Assembly (NCBI RefSeq): GCF_009914755.1
Contig: NC_060942.1
Direction: 5' to 3' (one strand)
From: the human T2T-CHM13v2.0 reference genome, Homo sapiens
DNA length: 64,000 bases
Below are positions 15,746-29,152 of this stretch, piece by piece. The translations under genes and the position numbers were made by a program. Numbering within the stretch: the first letter of the stretch is position 1; each line of letters opens with the position of its first letter. The notes beneath the pieces were generated by a model. The model made no database searches. It had not been told where the DNA came from and was given only the letters and a program-made list of their open reading frames with translations.

Positions 15746-16986
15746 TGAATATCAAATTCTAGGGCAATAACTAAAATAATTTTTAAAACAGATATAATTG
15801 TTATGTTAATAGAGATAATAAAATGAAACCGTACTAAATGTTCAACTAAAACCAGAAAAGTAAGAAAAAGAGACAAGAGAAGGAAAAAGTACAAGAAAAA
15901 AGACAGTTACAATGATCATAAATGCCAATCCCACTATATAAATAATCACTTTCAATGGGAATGGTCTAAACAATAAAAATAGATTGTCAGAAATTAATAT
16001 AAAATCAGCAGCCAACTTATGTCATCCCTCACCAAAGTTAAATACAAAGCCATAGATTAAAATAGAGAAATGTATACCTTGCTAAAACTAATCAAAATAC
16101 CTCTATATTAGATATATTAACTTCAGACAAAGCAGACTTCGAATAAAGAAAATTTATGAGATATAAAACAGGCATTATATGATAAAGGAATGTTCTCTAA
16201 GAAGATATAACAATCTTTTCCATGCGTGCATCTAATAACAGATTGTGAAGATATATAAGGCAAAAACTGATAGCATTGCAAGAAATTTTTTTTAAATGCA
16301 CCATTAAAGCTGTCAATTTCAGTATCCTTCTTTCAGTATTTGATAAAAAAGACAGACTATCAGGATATATTTGACTTGACAGCATTTTCAACCAACTTTA
16401 TCTAATTGACATTTATCAAATACTCCATCTAGGAACTGCATAAAAATTCTCAAGCTCTCATGGAATATTCACCCATAAAACACATGTTAATAAATTTGAA
16501 ATAATAGAAATGATAAGAAGTATGTTCTCATATACAACAGAGTTTAAATGGAAATCAATAACAGAAAGATACCTGAAAAGTTATCATTAATTTGGATATT
16601 AAATAAGACACTTCTAAACAATACATGGGTAAATAATTGTCAACAAAAACTTTTAAAATATTTTTAACTAAGTAAAAATAAAATTGTAACTTATCAAAAA
16701 TCTGTATGATTCAGTAAAAATGGTACTTAGAAGGAAATTTATGACATTGAATGCACATATTGGAAAATAAGAAAGTTCTAGTCTGCAATATAAGATTCCA
16801 CCATTGGAAACTAGGAAACAAAAAGTGATTTAAGCATAAAGCAGGCAGAACAATAATGAGGATGATAAAAAGAAGAAGATAAATCAATGAACTTTAAAGA
16901 TAAAAGCCACAATGTCAAAACTGATTCAGTGAAAAGATCACTAAAAGTGATAAACCTGTATGCTGGTTAACTAAGAAAAAAATGAG

Positions 16987-17855
16987 TTTTTAAAAATAAT
17001 TTCAAATTTTATTTTAGATTCAGGGGGTACTTGTAGAGGTTTGTTAGATGGGTATATTGAGTGATGCTGAGATTTGGAGCACAAGTGATATTGTCACCCA
17101 GCTATTGAGCATAGTACTCAGTAGTTAAGGTTTTCAACCTTTGTCCTCTTCCCTCATTTCACCCTCTCATAGTCCCCAGTGTCTATTGTTGCCATCTTTA
17201 TGTCTATAAGTGCCAAATATTTAGCTCCCACTTATAAGTGAGAACATGCATCTGTTCCCACTTATAAGTGAGAACAGAACTATTCTGTTCCTCCAATAAT
17301 TCGCTTTGGATAGTGGCCTCCAGCTGCATCTCATGTTACTGTGAAGACAGGATTTAATTTTTTTTATGCCTGCAGATATTTCACGGGTTATATGCATCAC
17401 ATTTTCTTTATCCAATCTATGATTTATGGACACCTAGATAGATTACATGTCTTTCCTATTGTGAATAGTGCCACAGTGAACATGCTAATATGTGTTTCTT
17501 TGGGTAGAATGATTTGTTTTCTTTTGGATATATACCCCAGTAGTTGGATTGCTAGGTCAAATGGTGATTCTGTTTTAAGCTATTTGAGAAGTCTACAAAC
17601 TGATTTTCACAGTGGCTGAACTAATTTACATTTCCTCCAACAATGTATAATTGCTCCCTTTTCTCTGCAGACTTGCTAGCATCTGTTGTTTTTTAACTTT
17701 GTAATAATAGTTATACTGACTGGTGTGAGATGATATCTTGTGGTTTTAATTTGCATTTCTCTGATGACTAGTGATGTTGAGCTTTTTTTCAAGTTTGTTG
17801 GCCACTTGTATTTCTTGTTTTGAGAAACATCTGTAGATTTTTTTCCCCATATTTT
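16987..17855 (-). mobile_element. L1PB/late-L1PA-type 3' end, 5'-truncated
   Basis: 'ttttattttagattcagggggtac...gggtatattgagtgatgctgag...agtccccagtgtctattgttgccatctttatgtc' followed by antisense ORF2 C-terminus. Confidence 0.9.
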
Positions 17856-17884
17856 CATGAAATTATTATTATATAATTATTTTT

Positions 17885-17977
17885 ATGTGGAACTGGGAGT
17901 CCATTAAACTTCTTTTTCTTTGTAAATTTCCCAGTTTTGAGTATTTCTTTATAGCAGTATGAAAATGGACTACTACA
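17885..17977 (+). mobile_element. 3'-terminal fragment of a THE1/MST LTR
   Basis: 'atgtggaactgggagtccattaaac...cccagttttgagtatttctttatagcagtatgaaaatggactactaca'. Confidence 0.85.
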
Positions 17978-17984
17978 ATATCTT

Positions 17985-20178
17985 TGATGAATGCTATGTA
18001 AGTCAGTAGCATTTCTATACACCAACAGTGTCCAAACTGAGAACCAAATCAAGAAGGCAATCCCTTTCACAATAGAAAGAAAAAGCATAAAATATCTAGG
18101 AATACAGCTAACCAGAAATGTGAAAGATCTCTGCAATGAGAATGACAAAACACTGCTGAAATAAATCAGAGATGACACAAATAAATGGAAAAACATTCAA
18201 TGTATTGGAAGAACCAATATCATTAAAATAATCATACTGCCCAAAGCAATTTACAAATTCAAAGCTATTCCTATCAATCTAGCAATGTTATTCTTCACAG
18301 AATCAGAAAAAAATTGTTATAAAATTCACATGGAATCAAAAAAGAGCCCAAATAGCCCAAAGCAATCCTAGTGAAAAAGAACAAAACTGTAGGCATCATA
18401 CTATTTGATTTCAACCTATACTATAAGTTACAGTAACCAAAACAGCATGATACTGGTACAAAAACAAACACATAGCCTGTGTTAGCCCCTTTTCCCACTG
18501 CTGATAGACATACCCAAGACTGGACAATTTACAAAAGAAAGAGATTTAAGGTACTTACATTTCCATATGGCTGAGAAGGCCTCACAATCATGGCAGAAGG
18601 CAAGGAGGAGCACGTCACATATTACATGAATGGCAGCAGGCAAAGAGAGAGAGATTGTGCAGGGAAACTTCTATTTTTAAAACCATCAGATCTTGTAAGT
18701 CTCATTCACTATCATGAGAACAGTGCAAGAAAGACCCACCCCCATAATTCAATTGCCTCCCACGGGGTTCCTCCCACAACACATGGGAATTGTGGGAATT
18801 ACAATTCAAGATGAGATATGAGTGGAGACAGAGCCAAACCATATCATAGACCAATGAAACACAAGAAAGAGCCCAGAAATAAAGCTACACATCTATATCA
18901 TATAATCTTTGACAAGGTTGACAAAAACAACTAAGGAGGAAAGGACTCCCTATTGAATAGATGGTGCCAGGATAACTGGCTGGGGATATGTAGAAGATTG
19001 AAACTGGACCCCTTCCTTACAACATATAAAATTATCTCAAGATGGATGAAAGGCTTAAATGCAAAACCAAAAACTATAAAAACCCTGGCAGATAACCTAG
19101 GATTTACCATTCTTGACATGGGCCCTGGAAAAGATTTCATGACAAAGATGCCAAAAGCAATTGCTACAAAAACAAAAATCGAAAAATTTGACCTAATTAA
19201 ACTAAAGAGCTTTTACATAGAAACTATCAACAGAGTACACAGAGAACCTACAAAATGGTAAAAAATGTTTGCAAGCTATGCATCTGACAAAAACCTAATA
19301 TTCAGCATCTATAAGGAACTTAAACTAACAAGCAAAAAGCAAACAACCTCATTAAAAAGTGGGCAAAGTACATGAACAGACACTTTTAAAAAAAAGACAT
19401 ACATGTGGCCGACAAACATGAAAAAATGCTCAGCATCACTAATTATTAGAGAAATGCATATCAAAACCACAATGGGACCCCATCTCACACCAGTACGAAT
19501 AGCTGTTGTTAAAAGGAAGTAACAACAGATGTTGGCAAGGTTGCAGTGAAAAGGAAACACTTATACACTGCTGGTAGGAGTGTAAATTAGTTCAGCCACT
19601 GTGGAAAGCAGTTTGGTGATTTCTCAAATAACTTGAAACAGAATTACCATTTACCCAGAAATCCCATTGTTGGATATACAACCAAAGGAATATAAATCAT
19701 TCTATCATAAAGACACTTGCATGTGTATGTTCATTACAGAACTATTCACAATAGCAAATACATGGAATCAACCTAAATGCCCCTCAGCGGTGATTGGATT
19801 AAAAAATTTAGTACATATCCACTATAAAATAGTATGCAACCATAAAAAAGAACAAGATCATGTCCTTTCCAGCAACACAGATGGCACTGGAGGCCATGCT
19901 CCTAAGCAAACTAACACAGGTACAGAAAACCAAATAGTGCTTGTTTTCCCCTATAAGAGGAAGGTAAACACTGAGTACACATGAACACAAAAGTGGGAAC
20001 AGACACCAGGGCCTACTTGAAGGTGGAGGATGGGAGGAGGGTCTACCTATAGGATACTATGCTTATTATCTGGATGATGAAATAGTATGTAAACCAAACT
20101 TCTGTGACACACAATTTACCTATATAACAGACCTGCCCATGTACCCCCAAAACCTAAAATTAAAGTTTAAAATAATAA
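17985..20178 (+). mobile_element. L1PA15/16-like 3' portion (ORF2 C-terminal half and 3'UTR), interrupted by a THE1 LTR
   Basis: ORF 18953-19261 translates as L1 ORF2 ([20 protein letters not shown]...); 3' end 'tttacctatataacagacctgcccatgtacccc...aacctaaaattaaagttt'. Confidence 0.92.
18478..18846 (-). mobile_element. THE1 (THE1B-like) solo LTR
   Basis: Runs 'tgtgttag...' to '...gccaaaccatatca'; 5-bp TSD tagcc/tagac, and removing it restores L1 'cacatagaccaatg'. Confidence 0.95.
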
Positions 20179-20179
20179 T

Positions 20180-22995
20180 ACCTACCAAATGCTGGCAAGG
20201 ATGTGCAGCAACAATAACTCATTCGTTGCTGGTAGGAATATAAAGTGGTTCAGTTATTTTGAAAGACAATGTAGCAGTTTTTTTACAAAACTAAATGTAA
20301 GCTTACCATTATATCCAGCAATTGTGCTCTTAATTATTTCCTTCAATGAGCAAATCTATGTCCACACAAATCCGCACACAAATATTTGTAGCAGGTTTAT
20401 TCATAATTGCCACAAATTGGGATGAGCCAACATGTCTTTTAATAACTGAATGAAAACAAAACAAATTCTCATGTGTAAAAATTTTAAAAAGCAACAGACA
20501 TGGAGAATATATTGGCAAAACACATGTCTATTAAAGGACTGGTATTAAAAATATAAAAGAATAGCCAAAACTTAATAATAACAAAACAAACCACTTTTTA
20601 AATAGGTAAAATTTATGAACAAGTATCTCATCAAAGAAGATAAACAAATATCATAAGGATATGAAGAGATTCTCAACATCGTTTGACAGTAGCGAATTAC
20701 AAATTAAAGGCAATGAGATACCACTACACACCTATTAGAATGGCTAAAATCCAAAAATCTGACAATGCTAATAATTGGTCACAATGTCAAGCATGGTAAA
20801 ATCTCATTCAATGCTGATAGAAATATAAAATAGTACAGCCACTTTGTAAGACAATTCAGCAGTTTGTTACAAAGTTAAACACAGACCTACCCAGCTATCA
20901 AGCAATCACCTTTTTCGATACATAACAGAAGTGATTTTAAAACTTACGTCCATGTAAAAACCTGAGTGGGGATTTTCTTCATAATTGCCAAAATATTAGA
21001 AGGTACTAAGATTTCACTTAATAGATGAATAAACAAACTGTGATACACTCACACGATGGCATATCTTTCAGTGATAAAAATAAGCTACTAAATAATGAAA
21101 ATATATAGATAAATTGTAAACTTTATTACTAAGTGAATGAAGCCAATTTGGAAAGATTACATAACATATGATGTCAATTTTTGACATTCTGAATAAAACA
21201 AAACTGTAGCAACAGCAAAAATATTGCTGGTTGACAGGGAGAAAGAAATGGAAGGTTGAATAACTAAAGCACAAAAAAATTGTTAAAACAGTGAAACTCT
21301 TCTATATGACACTGCAGTGTTGAACACATAACACCGCATTTGTGAAAACCCTTAGAAATTTTCAGCACAAAGAGTGAACATTATGTTTGCAAAGTTTAAA
21401 CAAAATTATTTAGGATGTGAGAGGACACCAAGGGAGAATGCAGAATGTGACAAAACAATGTAACTTAATTACAAATATATGAAGCAATGGTGAAAAGAAA
21501 TGATGCAGACCTAAGAAACTCTGATAATCAGCAGAGTCTATAAAACTGAAGACAAAAGATGAATTGATAAATATGTGTTTCCTAGGAATACAGTTTGAAA
21601 ATTCTAAAGCCACTATGCCTGTATCCCGGAATTCAATAATTAAATAAATGGAGGGCCGATGTTGGAGGCCAAGTTTCTTCTGGTTGAAGTGGAACTTTTC
21701 AGATCAGGAAGAGGAAGAGGCTACAATGTTCCATTGGTAATGGATTAGAATTGTAGACATCAATATGAACTGATGCTTAGGTTACTATAGATACATATGG
21801 TTATATATAGATATATGTATGTATGTATCGATCTCTCCATATGTATTCATTTGTTTGCTCTGTCAGCTGAGAGGGTTTAGAAGCAATGACACTACAGTAC
21901 AAATGAGCACATCTAGTACCCAAATTCTGATTTTTAATGCCATTCTCCAATAAAAGAAATCAGGAGCTTATTGGAGAAATGGTTAATGCTAGAAGAAAAA
22001 TAGGAAATATATAATATGATCCTGGATCATCTTGCAGCCTCAGAAAATAAGAGAGAGAAAGAGAGAGAAGGAAAAACCCCTACAATGGCAGAGATATATC
22101 AAAATTTATAATGGCCAAAGCTGGAAGAATTTGAGCAACAACATAAATAAGTTTTACATTATAATCCAAAGTATAAAAAAGATAGCCATGAATCCATACC
22201 AGTATAAATAAATAGGAAAAAAGACAAATCTCATGTCTTGAAGGATTACAAATAATTTATGTACATACTCTACCCTTAAAAAGGTAGAACATAACCCTCT
22301 AGTTCTTAACTATGGACTGTGCATAGTTACTTTCTTCCCAAGAGTAATGCATGTTAACAGGAAAAAAAGAGTAACTTAACAGAGGAGAAAACTGACAAGC
22401 TCTACATCTGCCAGGTGATTAAGGTTAACATCAACAATGATGCGTCATGTTGATATGTACTCTTGATGTTGTATAATGAAATAGGATTTTAGATCTGTGG
22501 TCTTGCTCCAAAACCTCCAATAACCCAGCGTAATAATGTGAGAAACATCAGACAAACACCAGTTGAGAGATAGTCTACCATATTCCTGACTAGTACTTCT
22601 CAAAACTCTTTGTTAAGGTAATCAAAAACAAGGAAACTCTGATAAACTCTCACAGCCAAGAGGAACCTAAAGAGAAATGATAACTAAATGTAACCTGATA
22701 TTGTGGACTGGATCTTGAAACACAAAAAAAGAACATTAAATAAAAATGAGTGTAAGACTTTAATAATAAAACACCAGGTGTAGAGTATATGATCAAATTA
22801 AAATTTAAAGACTTAAATACAAAACCTGAAACTCTGAAACAACTAGAAAAAAATCATTGGGGAAATGCTTCAGGATATTGGTCTGGGAAAAGATTCTTTT
22901 GAGTAAGACTTCAAAAGCACAGGCAATAAAAATATCTCTGTACTATATTCATGATTTTTTTTGTAAATGTAAAATGATTGTAAAATAAAAAGCTG
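20180..22995 (+). mobile_element. Old L1 3' ends: short L1M ORF2-terminal piece (about 20180-20460), then an L1MC3-like ORF2 end with long 3'UTR
   Basis: 'gagataccactacacacctattagaatggctaaaat'; 3'UTR motifs 'ggtaatggattaga', 'gctctgtcagctgagaggg', 'gccaggtgattaaggttaacatcaac'. Confidence 0.8.
22792..22930 (+). mobile_element. Short internal L1MA-type ORF2 fragment inserted in the L1MC3-like 3' end
   Basis: 'aaagacttaaatacaaaacctgaaactctgaaacaactagaa...ggggaaatgcttcaggatattggtctggg...aaaagcacaggca'. Confidence 0.8.
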
Positions 22996-23086
22996 ATTAA
23001 CAGTAAATTGTAGTAGTAATTTGGCAGTAAGATAGTTTTGTGTCCCAAAGTTGTTTTCTCTCTCAATGACTTTTAGATATTGGCAA

Positions 23087-23925
23087 TTTCTTTTTCAATT
23101 TTAATTTTTATAGATTTAGGGGGTACAAGTGCAGTTTTGTCACATGGATATATTGTGTGGTGGTGAAGTCTGGACTTTTAGTGTAATCATCATCTGAATA
23201 GTGCACATTGGTACCCATTAGATAATTCTCATCCCTCACCCTCCTCCCACTTTCCCACTTTTCTGAGTCTCCAATATCTACTATTCCACTCCCTATGTCC
23301 ATGTGTACACATTATTTAGCTCCCATTTTTAAGTGAGAATATATGGTATTTGACTTTCTTAAGGTAATGGCCTTATATATTATTTAGCTCCCATTTATAA
23401 GTGAGAATATATGGTATTTGACTTTCTTAAGGTAATGGCCTCTAGTTTTATTCGTGTAGCTGCAAAAGACACAATTTTATTATTTTTTATGGCTTGACCG
23501 GTATTCCATGATATATACCACTTTCTCTTTATCCAATCACCCATCGATAGGCACTTAAGTTGATTCCATATGTTTGTTATTGTGAATAGTCCTGCTGTAA
23601 ACATACAAATACAGGTATCTTTTTGATATAATGATTTCTGTACCTTCTGGTAGATACCCAGTAGTGGGATTGCTAGATAAAATGGTAGATCTATATTTAG
23701 TTCTTCGAGAAATCTTCATATTGTTTTCCACTGAAGTTGTACTAATTTACATTCCTGCCAACTGTGTATAAGTATTCCCTTTCTCTGCATCCTCCCCAAC
23801 ACCTGTTAAGTTTGGTTTTTTAATAATAGACATTCTGACTGGTATGTGATGGTATCTCATTATGGTATTAGTTTCCATTGCTCTGATCATTAGTAAGGTT
23901 GAGCGTTTTTTCATATATTCTATAG
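23087..23925 (-). mobile_element. L1PB4-like 3' end, 5'-truncated, with a 68-bp internal tandem duplication
   Basis: 'tagatttagggggtacaagtgcagttttgtcacatggatatattg...ggtgaagtctgg' matches the L1PB4-type 3'UTR. Confidence 0.9.
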
Positions 23926-24919
23926 CCTTTAATTAAGCCCTTTATGGCTTCAGGAACAGTGTTGTGGGGCTTTTCAATAAGGCTTTTATTTATTTTCATT
24001 GTATAATCCCAAAGATTAATTTAGGCTAAATGGGGTAGAGCTGGGCGGCAGTGAGCAATGAACAGCCAGGAAATGGGTAACTTTCCTGGATGCATCGATA
24101 ACTTTATGGCTGACTCAGCAACCAGTAACCAGGTGATGGTGGGAGCACATATAGATAGGACTGTGAAAGATTTGGACAGTAAGCCACAAACTAAATCAAT
24201 CCCTGTCTTTTGGAATTCCTTAGATTATAGGCCAAGGTCACTAGAGGCTTTTAAAAGTTATATTACAAAAGAATTGACAAAGATAAATGCAAAATGGCTG
24301 GTGGTTGAATAGATTCCCATATTTTACTGATGTGGAATATTAAAAAAAAGGAAGGATTTAACTCAGAGCTAAATTTAACCATGACTGCATTTGGCCATGG
24401 CTAAGTTAAAGTCTCCTAGACTTACTTCTCCAAGTGTCCGGTTCCTTAGGCCACTGCGCCATGAGTCTTTAGTCAGCACTTCAGACAAATGCAATTTACA
24501 GGACAATTTAAAGTTATCAGAAGCAGCACAAAAACATTAAATAGAAAACCAATCAAATCTTCATATTCCTTATTTTCAGCATGTGTGACAAGAATGTTTC
24601 AAGAGATAGTCTATTGAATCCATTGAGATGCCCCGTAAGTAGGCTGTGCATCCATGCTAATTATAGAGCTTATCATACTTCCCAGAAAATGTGCAGTTGT
24701 AACAATCATATTTATTAAAATATGACTTTCTCTCTCTTTCTCCGTTAGCTGTATGTTTCAGAAAAAATAAATAGCTAATCCAAAATCTTGGCATAGTGAA
24801 ATGCAAGAAACATAGGATTCTGGAGGTTTTTCAGTGTTTTGAGCATAAAGACTAAACATGCCACAGGAAAAACTGTAAATAGAGTGAGGCTTCACTTAGT
24901 TCTCCCTGATTAATTTTCC

Positions 24920-25100
24920 TTGTCATGGTAGTCAATTCATTTTAATCTCAACCTCAGTCTCATTTTCTGTCCAATGGAAATAAGAATCCATGTCAAAAAC
25001 CTAACTTTCAATATAAAATGATGAACATGAATAACATTTTTTGATAAGTATCAAAATGGTTTATGCAGAAATGATTCAGAATTAAGTTACAATAATTATT
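24920..25100 (+). mobile_element. MIR SINE fragment
   Basis: 'ttttaatctcaacctcagtctcattttctgtccaatggaaataa' MIR core. Confidence 0.5.
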
Positions 25101-25551
25101 AACAATACCACCACAACAAAGAAATGGCATGGAAAACTTGATTTGCCTAGAAAGCTCACTTGGTTCAGGCTAGAGCCTAGATTCTGAGTATAATCCAACA
25201 CAATCCACTTAGTTTTGGATAAAGTGTAGGACTGACTCTACATACCCCCTGTGTTCCAGAAGGACAAATGTTTCCACTATCTACTTTTGAAAATGCATTC
25301 TCAGCAAGAATGAAAGGCATCACAAGTTAAATAAGGGAGAGGAGTGCTCATTCATACCACCTGTCTCTCTGTGGAATGACTTGTCCTTTCTTTGTTCCTC
25401 ATGACATTTCTGTCCCTCCTTCTAAATCCATCTTACTTCCTACTCCTTTTTAACTCTTTATTTTGGTCAAGTAGATCTCATCAATTACTCCACTTTCACT
25501 GCTCTGTATGAGCCTGGACATCCCAGGCTAATAACCTATCATCAACAGTAC

Positions 25552-25979
25552 TGTGTTAGTCAGAGTTCTTTAGAGGGACAAAACTAATAAGATATATATA
25601 TGAGTTTATTAAGTATTAAATTACATGATCACAAGGTCCCACAATAAGCTGTCTGCAAGCTGAGGAGCAAGGAGAGCCAGTCTGAGTCCCAAAACTGAAG
25701 AATCTGGAGTCCCATGTTCAAGAGCAGGAAGCATACAGCACAGAAGAAAGATGTAGGCTGGGAGAGTAGGCCAGTCTCGCCTTTTCACATTTTTCTGCCT
25801 GCTTTATATTCACTGGCAGCTGATTAGATTGTGCCCACCAGATTAAGAGTGGATCTGCCTTCCCCATGCCACTGACTCAAATGTTAATCTCTTTTGGCAG
25901 CACCCTCACAGACACACCCAGGATCAATACTTTGTATCCTTCAATCCGATCAAGTTGACACTCAGTATTAACCATCACA
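25552..25979 (-). mobile_element. MLT2A1-like (ERVL) solo LTR, complete
   Basis: 'tgtgttagtcagagttct...' to '...gacactcagtattaaccatcaca'; perfect 5-bp TSD agtac (25547-25551, 25980-25984). Confidence 0.95.
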
Positions 25980-27149
25980 AGTACCATTTGCTAGTTGGAA
26001 CTGACAACGTCATTCTTTACACTCCACCCATACTAAGCACACCTGGCGTGCTTATACCTCAGCAACTTTGCATGTGCCTCCCTGCCTGCATTGGAGCATC
26101 ATCCCTCTACCTGTCCTTTTGGAAAATTATTATTTATCCCTTAAGTCTTAGTTCTGTGTTTCTGCGAAAACTTCCCAGACTCATCCAAGCCAACTGCATC
26201 AATCCATATTGCTGCTTTTAGTAACACTCATTTACTATGTGTTTCCTCAGCACAATACACCTTTTCATCATTTTATCTTCTTCCACTTCTTTGTAAAGCT
26301 TTTGTCATACAGCTTATCAATACATACACTGACCCCTTTTATTGAGGTATAACTGATACTAATATTCTGCACATATCTAAAGTATACAATATACTTTAAT
26401 GAGGTAAGATTGTGACCATATTCATCTAATAGATATCTGTTTAATAAAAATGGTTTAATCTCAAAAGCTGGTACCATTTGTTCTTGATTTAATTTTATTT
26501 TTTGGCTTTATCAAAGTATAATTGACCAATAAAATTTGCATGTATTTAGGATGTAGAGTCTGTTGAATTTGCATTCCATGCCAGTCACTGCAGAGTGGGT
26601 ATGCCAAACTGAGTAGATTATCACCCTTGTTCTTAAAGGACTTACTCTATGGTCCTGGTAATAGAAGTGAATTTTTCCTTTCACAAAATATTGTCCCCTG
26701 ACTATCAAATCTTGTCTGTGTACATAGTTCAGAACAGATGGAGAGCTATCCTCAGAAACAGCTCATAGAATGAGAGGCTAGAGATCCCAAAGGCCCACTA
26801 GAGCCAGAATAAAGAGTAGAGGTTTGCACATGAGTGCATCAAGTCATCAGGTGACATAAATGAGATCAGGAGTACAAACAAAGTTATATCTAAAGTCAGA
26901 AGGAGGTAGTATGTGGAGGTTGGATCAGTAATGGGAAAATTAGGCTGTTAGCCAGAAGACCCAAATTAAAGGAGAAAAGAAAGATGTGCACAATGGAATT
27001 GATTGGGAAGCTCATGAAATTCAGTTCATATAGATACATACACACATGAGTGCATGCTATCTCTGTGTGTGTGTACACACACATGCACATATATAGGTCA
27101 TACATACATATATGTAGATCAATGCACTTCTGAGTCAAGTCTTGGGTGA

Positions 27150-27790
27150 AACAGATTCCATGGGGCTTCATAATAGCAGCTGAATGTTTGGATGCCCAAC
27201 ACTTATATCTAACTGACTTTAAGTTAAATCTATAACTCTCCCTGTCCCAGTATAAATATATCCAGCCCCTCAACTTAAAATTCAGTGCAACTCAGAATGT
27301 CTATGTAACTTTTATTCTATGCCTCCTTTCCAAGGGTTACTCTTCTTTCATATCTTTACTAACTCATGTTATTTTAAGTACATTCTCAAATTTTTCCCTT
27401 GTAATGTTCTTCCTGTCCTGATTACATTCCTCCTTGTTTCTTTCTGGCATATTAGACATCATTCATACCATAACACTGGTCAAAATCCTCTGTTAATGCT
27501 TTCTACAAACCCTCTAATTACCACTTTCCTCTGTCTTCCTTCTGTGTACACATAGCACTGAATGTTCGGACCACATATTTTATCACTTGGTTATAGACAG
27601 TTTATTCCAGAGCATATTTATTCCAAACCATCTTATATATATATTGCCATTGAATTTGTTAGTTTTCCTCAACAACAGAATTTATGAGCATCTAAACTGC
27701 AGAAAGAGCATCTCAACAGTGTCTCCCATAAGAGTGAGCCTAGATTCTTCCAGAGTCCTTGTTGATCACAGATTTTTAATAATCTTATAT
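27150..27790 (+). mobile_element. L2 fragments
   Basis: 'gtttggatgcccaacacttatatctaactg' and pyrimidine-rich L2 3' region with 'cagaatttatgagcatc'. Confidence 0.45.
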
Positions 27791-29152
27791 GCCTCCTTGC
27801 ATGTGTTGATGATAGTTTGGTGATGGGCCTCAGGCTTTCTCTTGGCCTCCAGACAAGGAATTCTCTGCATCCACAGAAAAAATGAAAGTAATGGGCAAAG
27901 AATGCAAGTTAAAGCAAGGTGGATGGACCTTGAATGAAAATAGGAAGATTTAGGATACCTGTAGAAAGACAAGTCAGCATTATATAGAGACGAATTAATA
28001 CTTTGGGATTAAACTGTCTGTGAAGGATAGAAGCATGGCAGACTAAAAATAGGCACGAAGTAATTCAGAAGCTAATCAGGCTGTGTCACAGATAAAATTA
28101 ATAAGTAAAAAAGTTTTAACAAGACATTAGCGGTCTGAACAGCCCAGAAGGCCTAGGGAGGGAGAGAAGAGTATTATGGCTGCAGCATTAACATCACTGT
28201 TATTAGGTCGGTGATGATTAACAGGACCTCATCCCAAAGGAAGCAAGGTGAGCCTTCATAGGACAGCACTATGTCAGGAGATGATGGTCTCAAATTGGAT
28301 AGCAAAGGTGAACTGTCCGTCAGGAGGGACGTCAGACGCAAGGACACAAAAATGGGGCCATATTAGCCTGAGCAGAAATAAGAATTACACCACGAGAAAA
28401 AAATACAAGTAATATAAAGTTAAAGTGACACAGAGATTTGTGAAAAACAGCCACACCTGTTAGTCCTTGATTTCCACTCAGCTCATATTTTGGGAATATT
28501 AGTCCAATGCTTCTGTTGGGTCAACCCCATTCAGATTTTATGATAAGAAATGAATTGAATCTATGAAGCAGAAAACCAAAGAACTTCATAATTGCTTCGC
28601 CCATGTAACTATGGGAATATTTTATATCAGTTACTATCAGGATAAATTGATTAAAAGCTTTTGAATTTTGAGTCTAATGTTATGTGCTTTGAAAAATAAA
28701 AAGGGAAACTTAAGCCTGTCTTTTTGCAGGAGCTTGAAAGATAATGGAAGAGGCAATACCAACACAGATTAAAGACACTGCCAGATCAGCATATAACTTG
28801 TAGAGGCTATGTAGAATTGTGAAAGTAAAGTCATTTGGAAGATGAGTATATACTGTTTTTTTCAATATCCAAAGTGAGATGAATTGATTAGTGTGGAAAA
28901 TTTGTCCAGCAATGAAGATTTTGAGCATCAAGAAGGAGGATATATGATTTGATGGGAAGAAAATGGTGGTACATCCTTTGCAGATTAAAAGGCTGGATAA
29001 AATTCTGAAAGTTTAGCTGTAGTCCCTTCTAACTTTGGGTCCTGTGGCGAGAGAATCACTTGAGAATAGGAGTTCAGGTCATGCTGGGGAACATAACATC
29101 ACTTCCTGTTTGGAATAGTTGGATATACATTCCTAAAAATAAAATGCTATAT

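Noticed and set aside
18953-19984. ORFs of 102 and 105 aa resembling a real protein
   Set aside because: They are frameshifted L1 ORF2 C-terminal remnants, not a host gene
24058-24312. 84-aa ATG-initiated ORF as a possible pseudogene fragment
   Set aside because: No recognisable parent protein, poly-A tail or TSD; sequence looks like degenerate antisense L2
28210-28372. GTGATGA ... CTGA as a possible C/D-box snoRNA
   Set aside because: No terminal stem and no recognisable rRNA or snRNA guide complementarity
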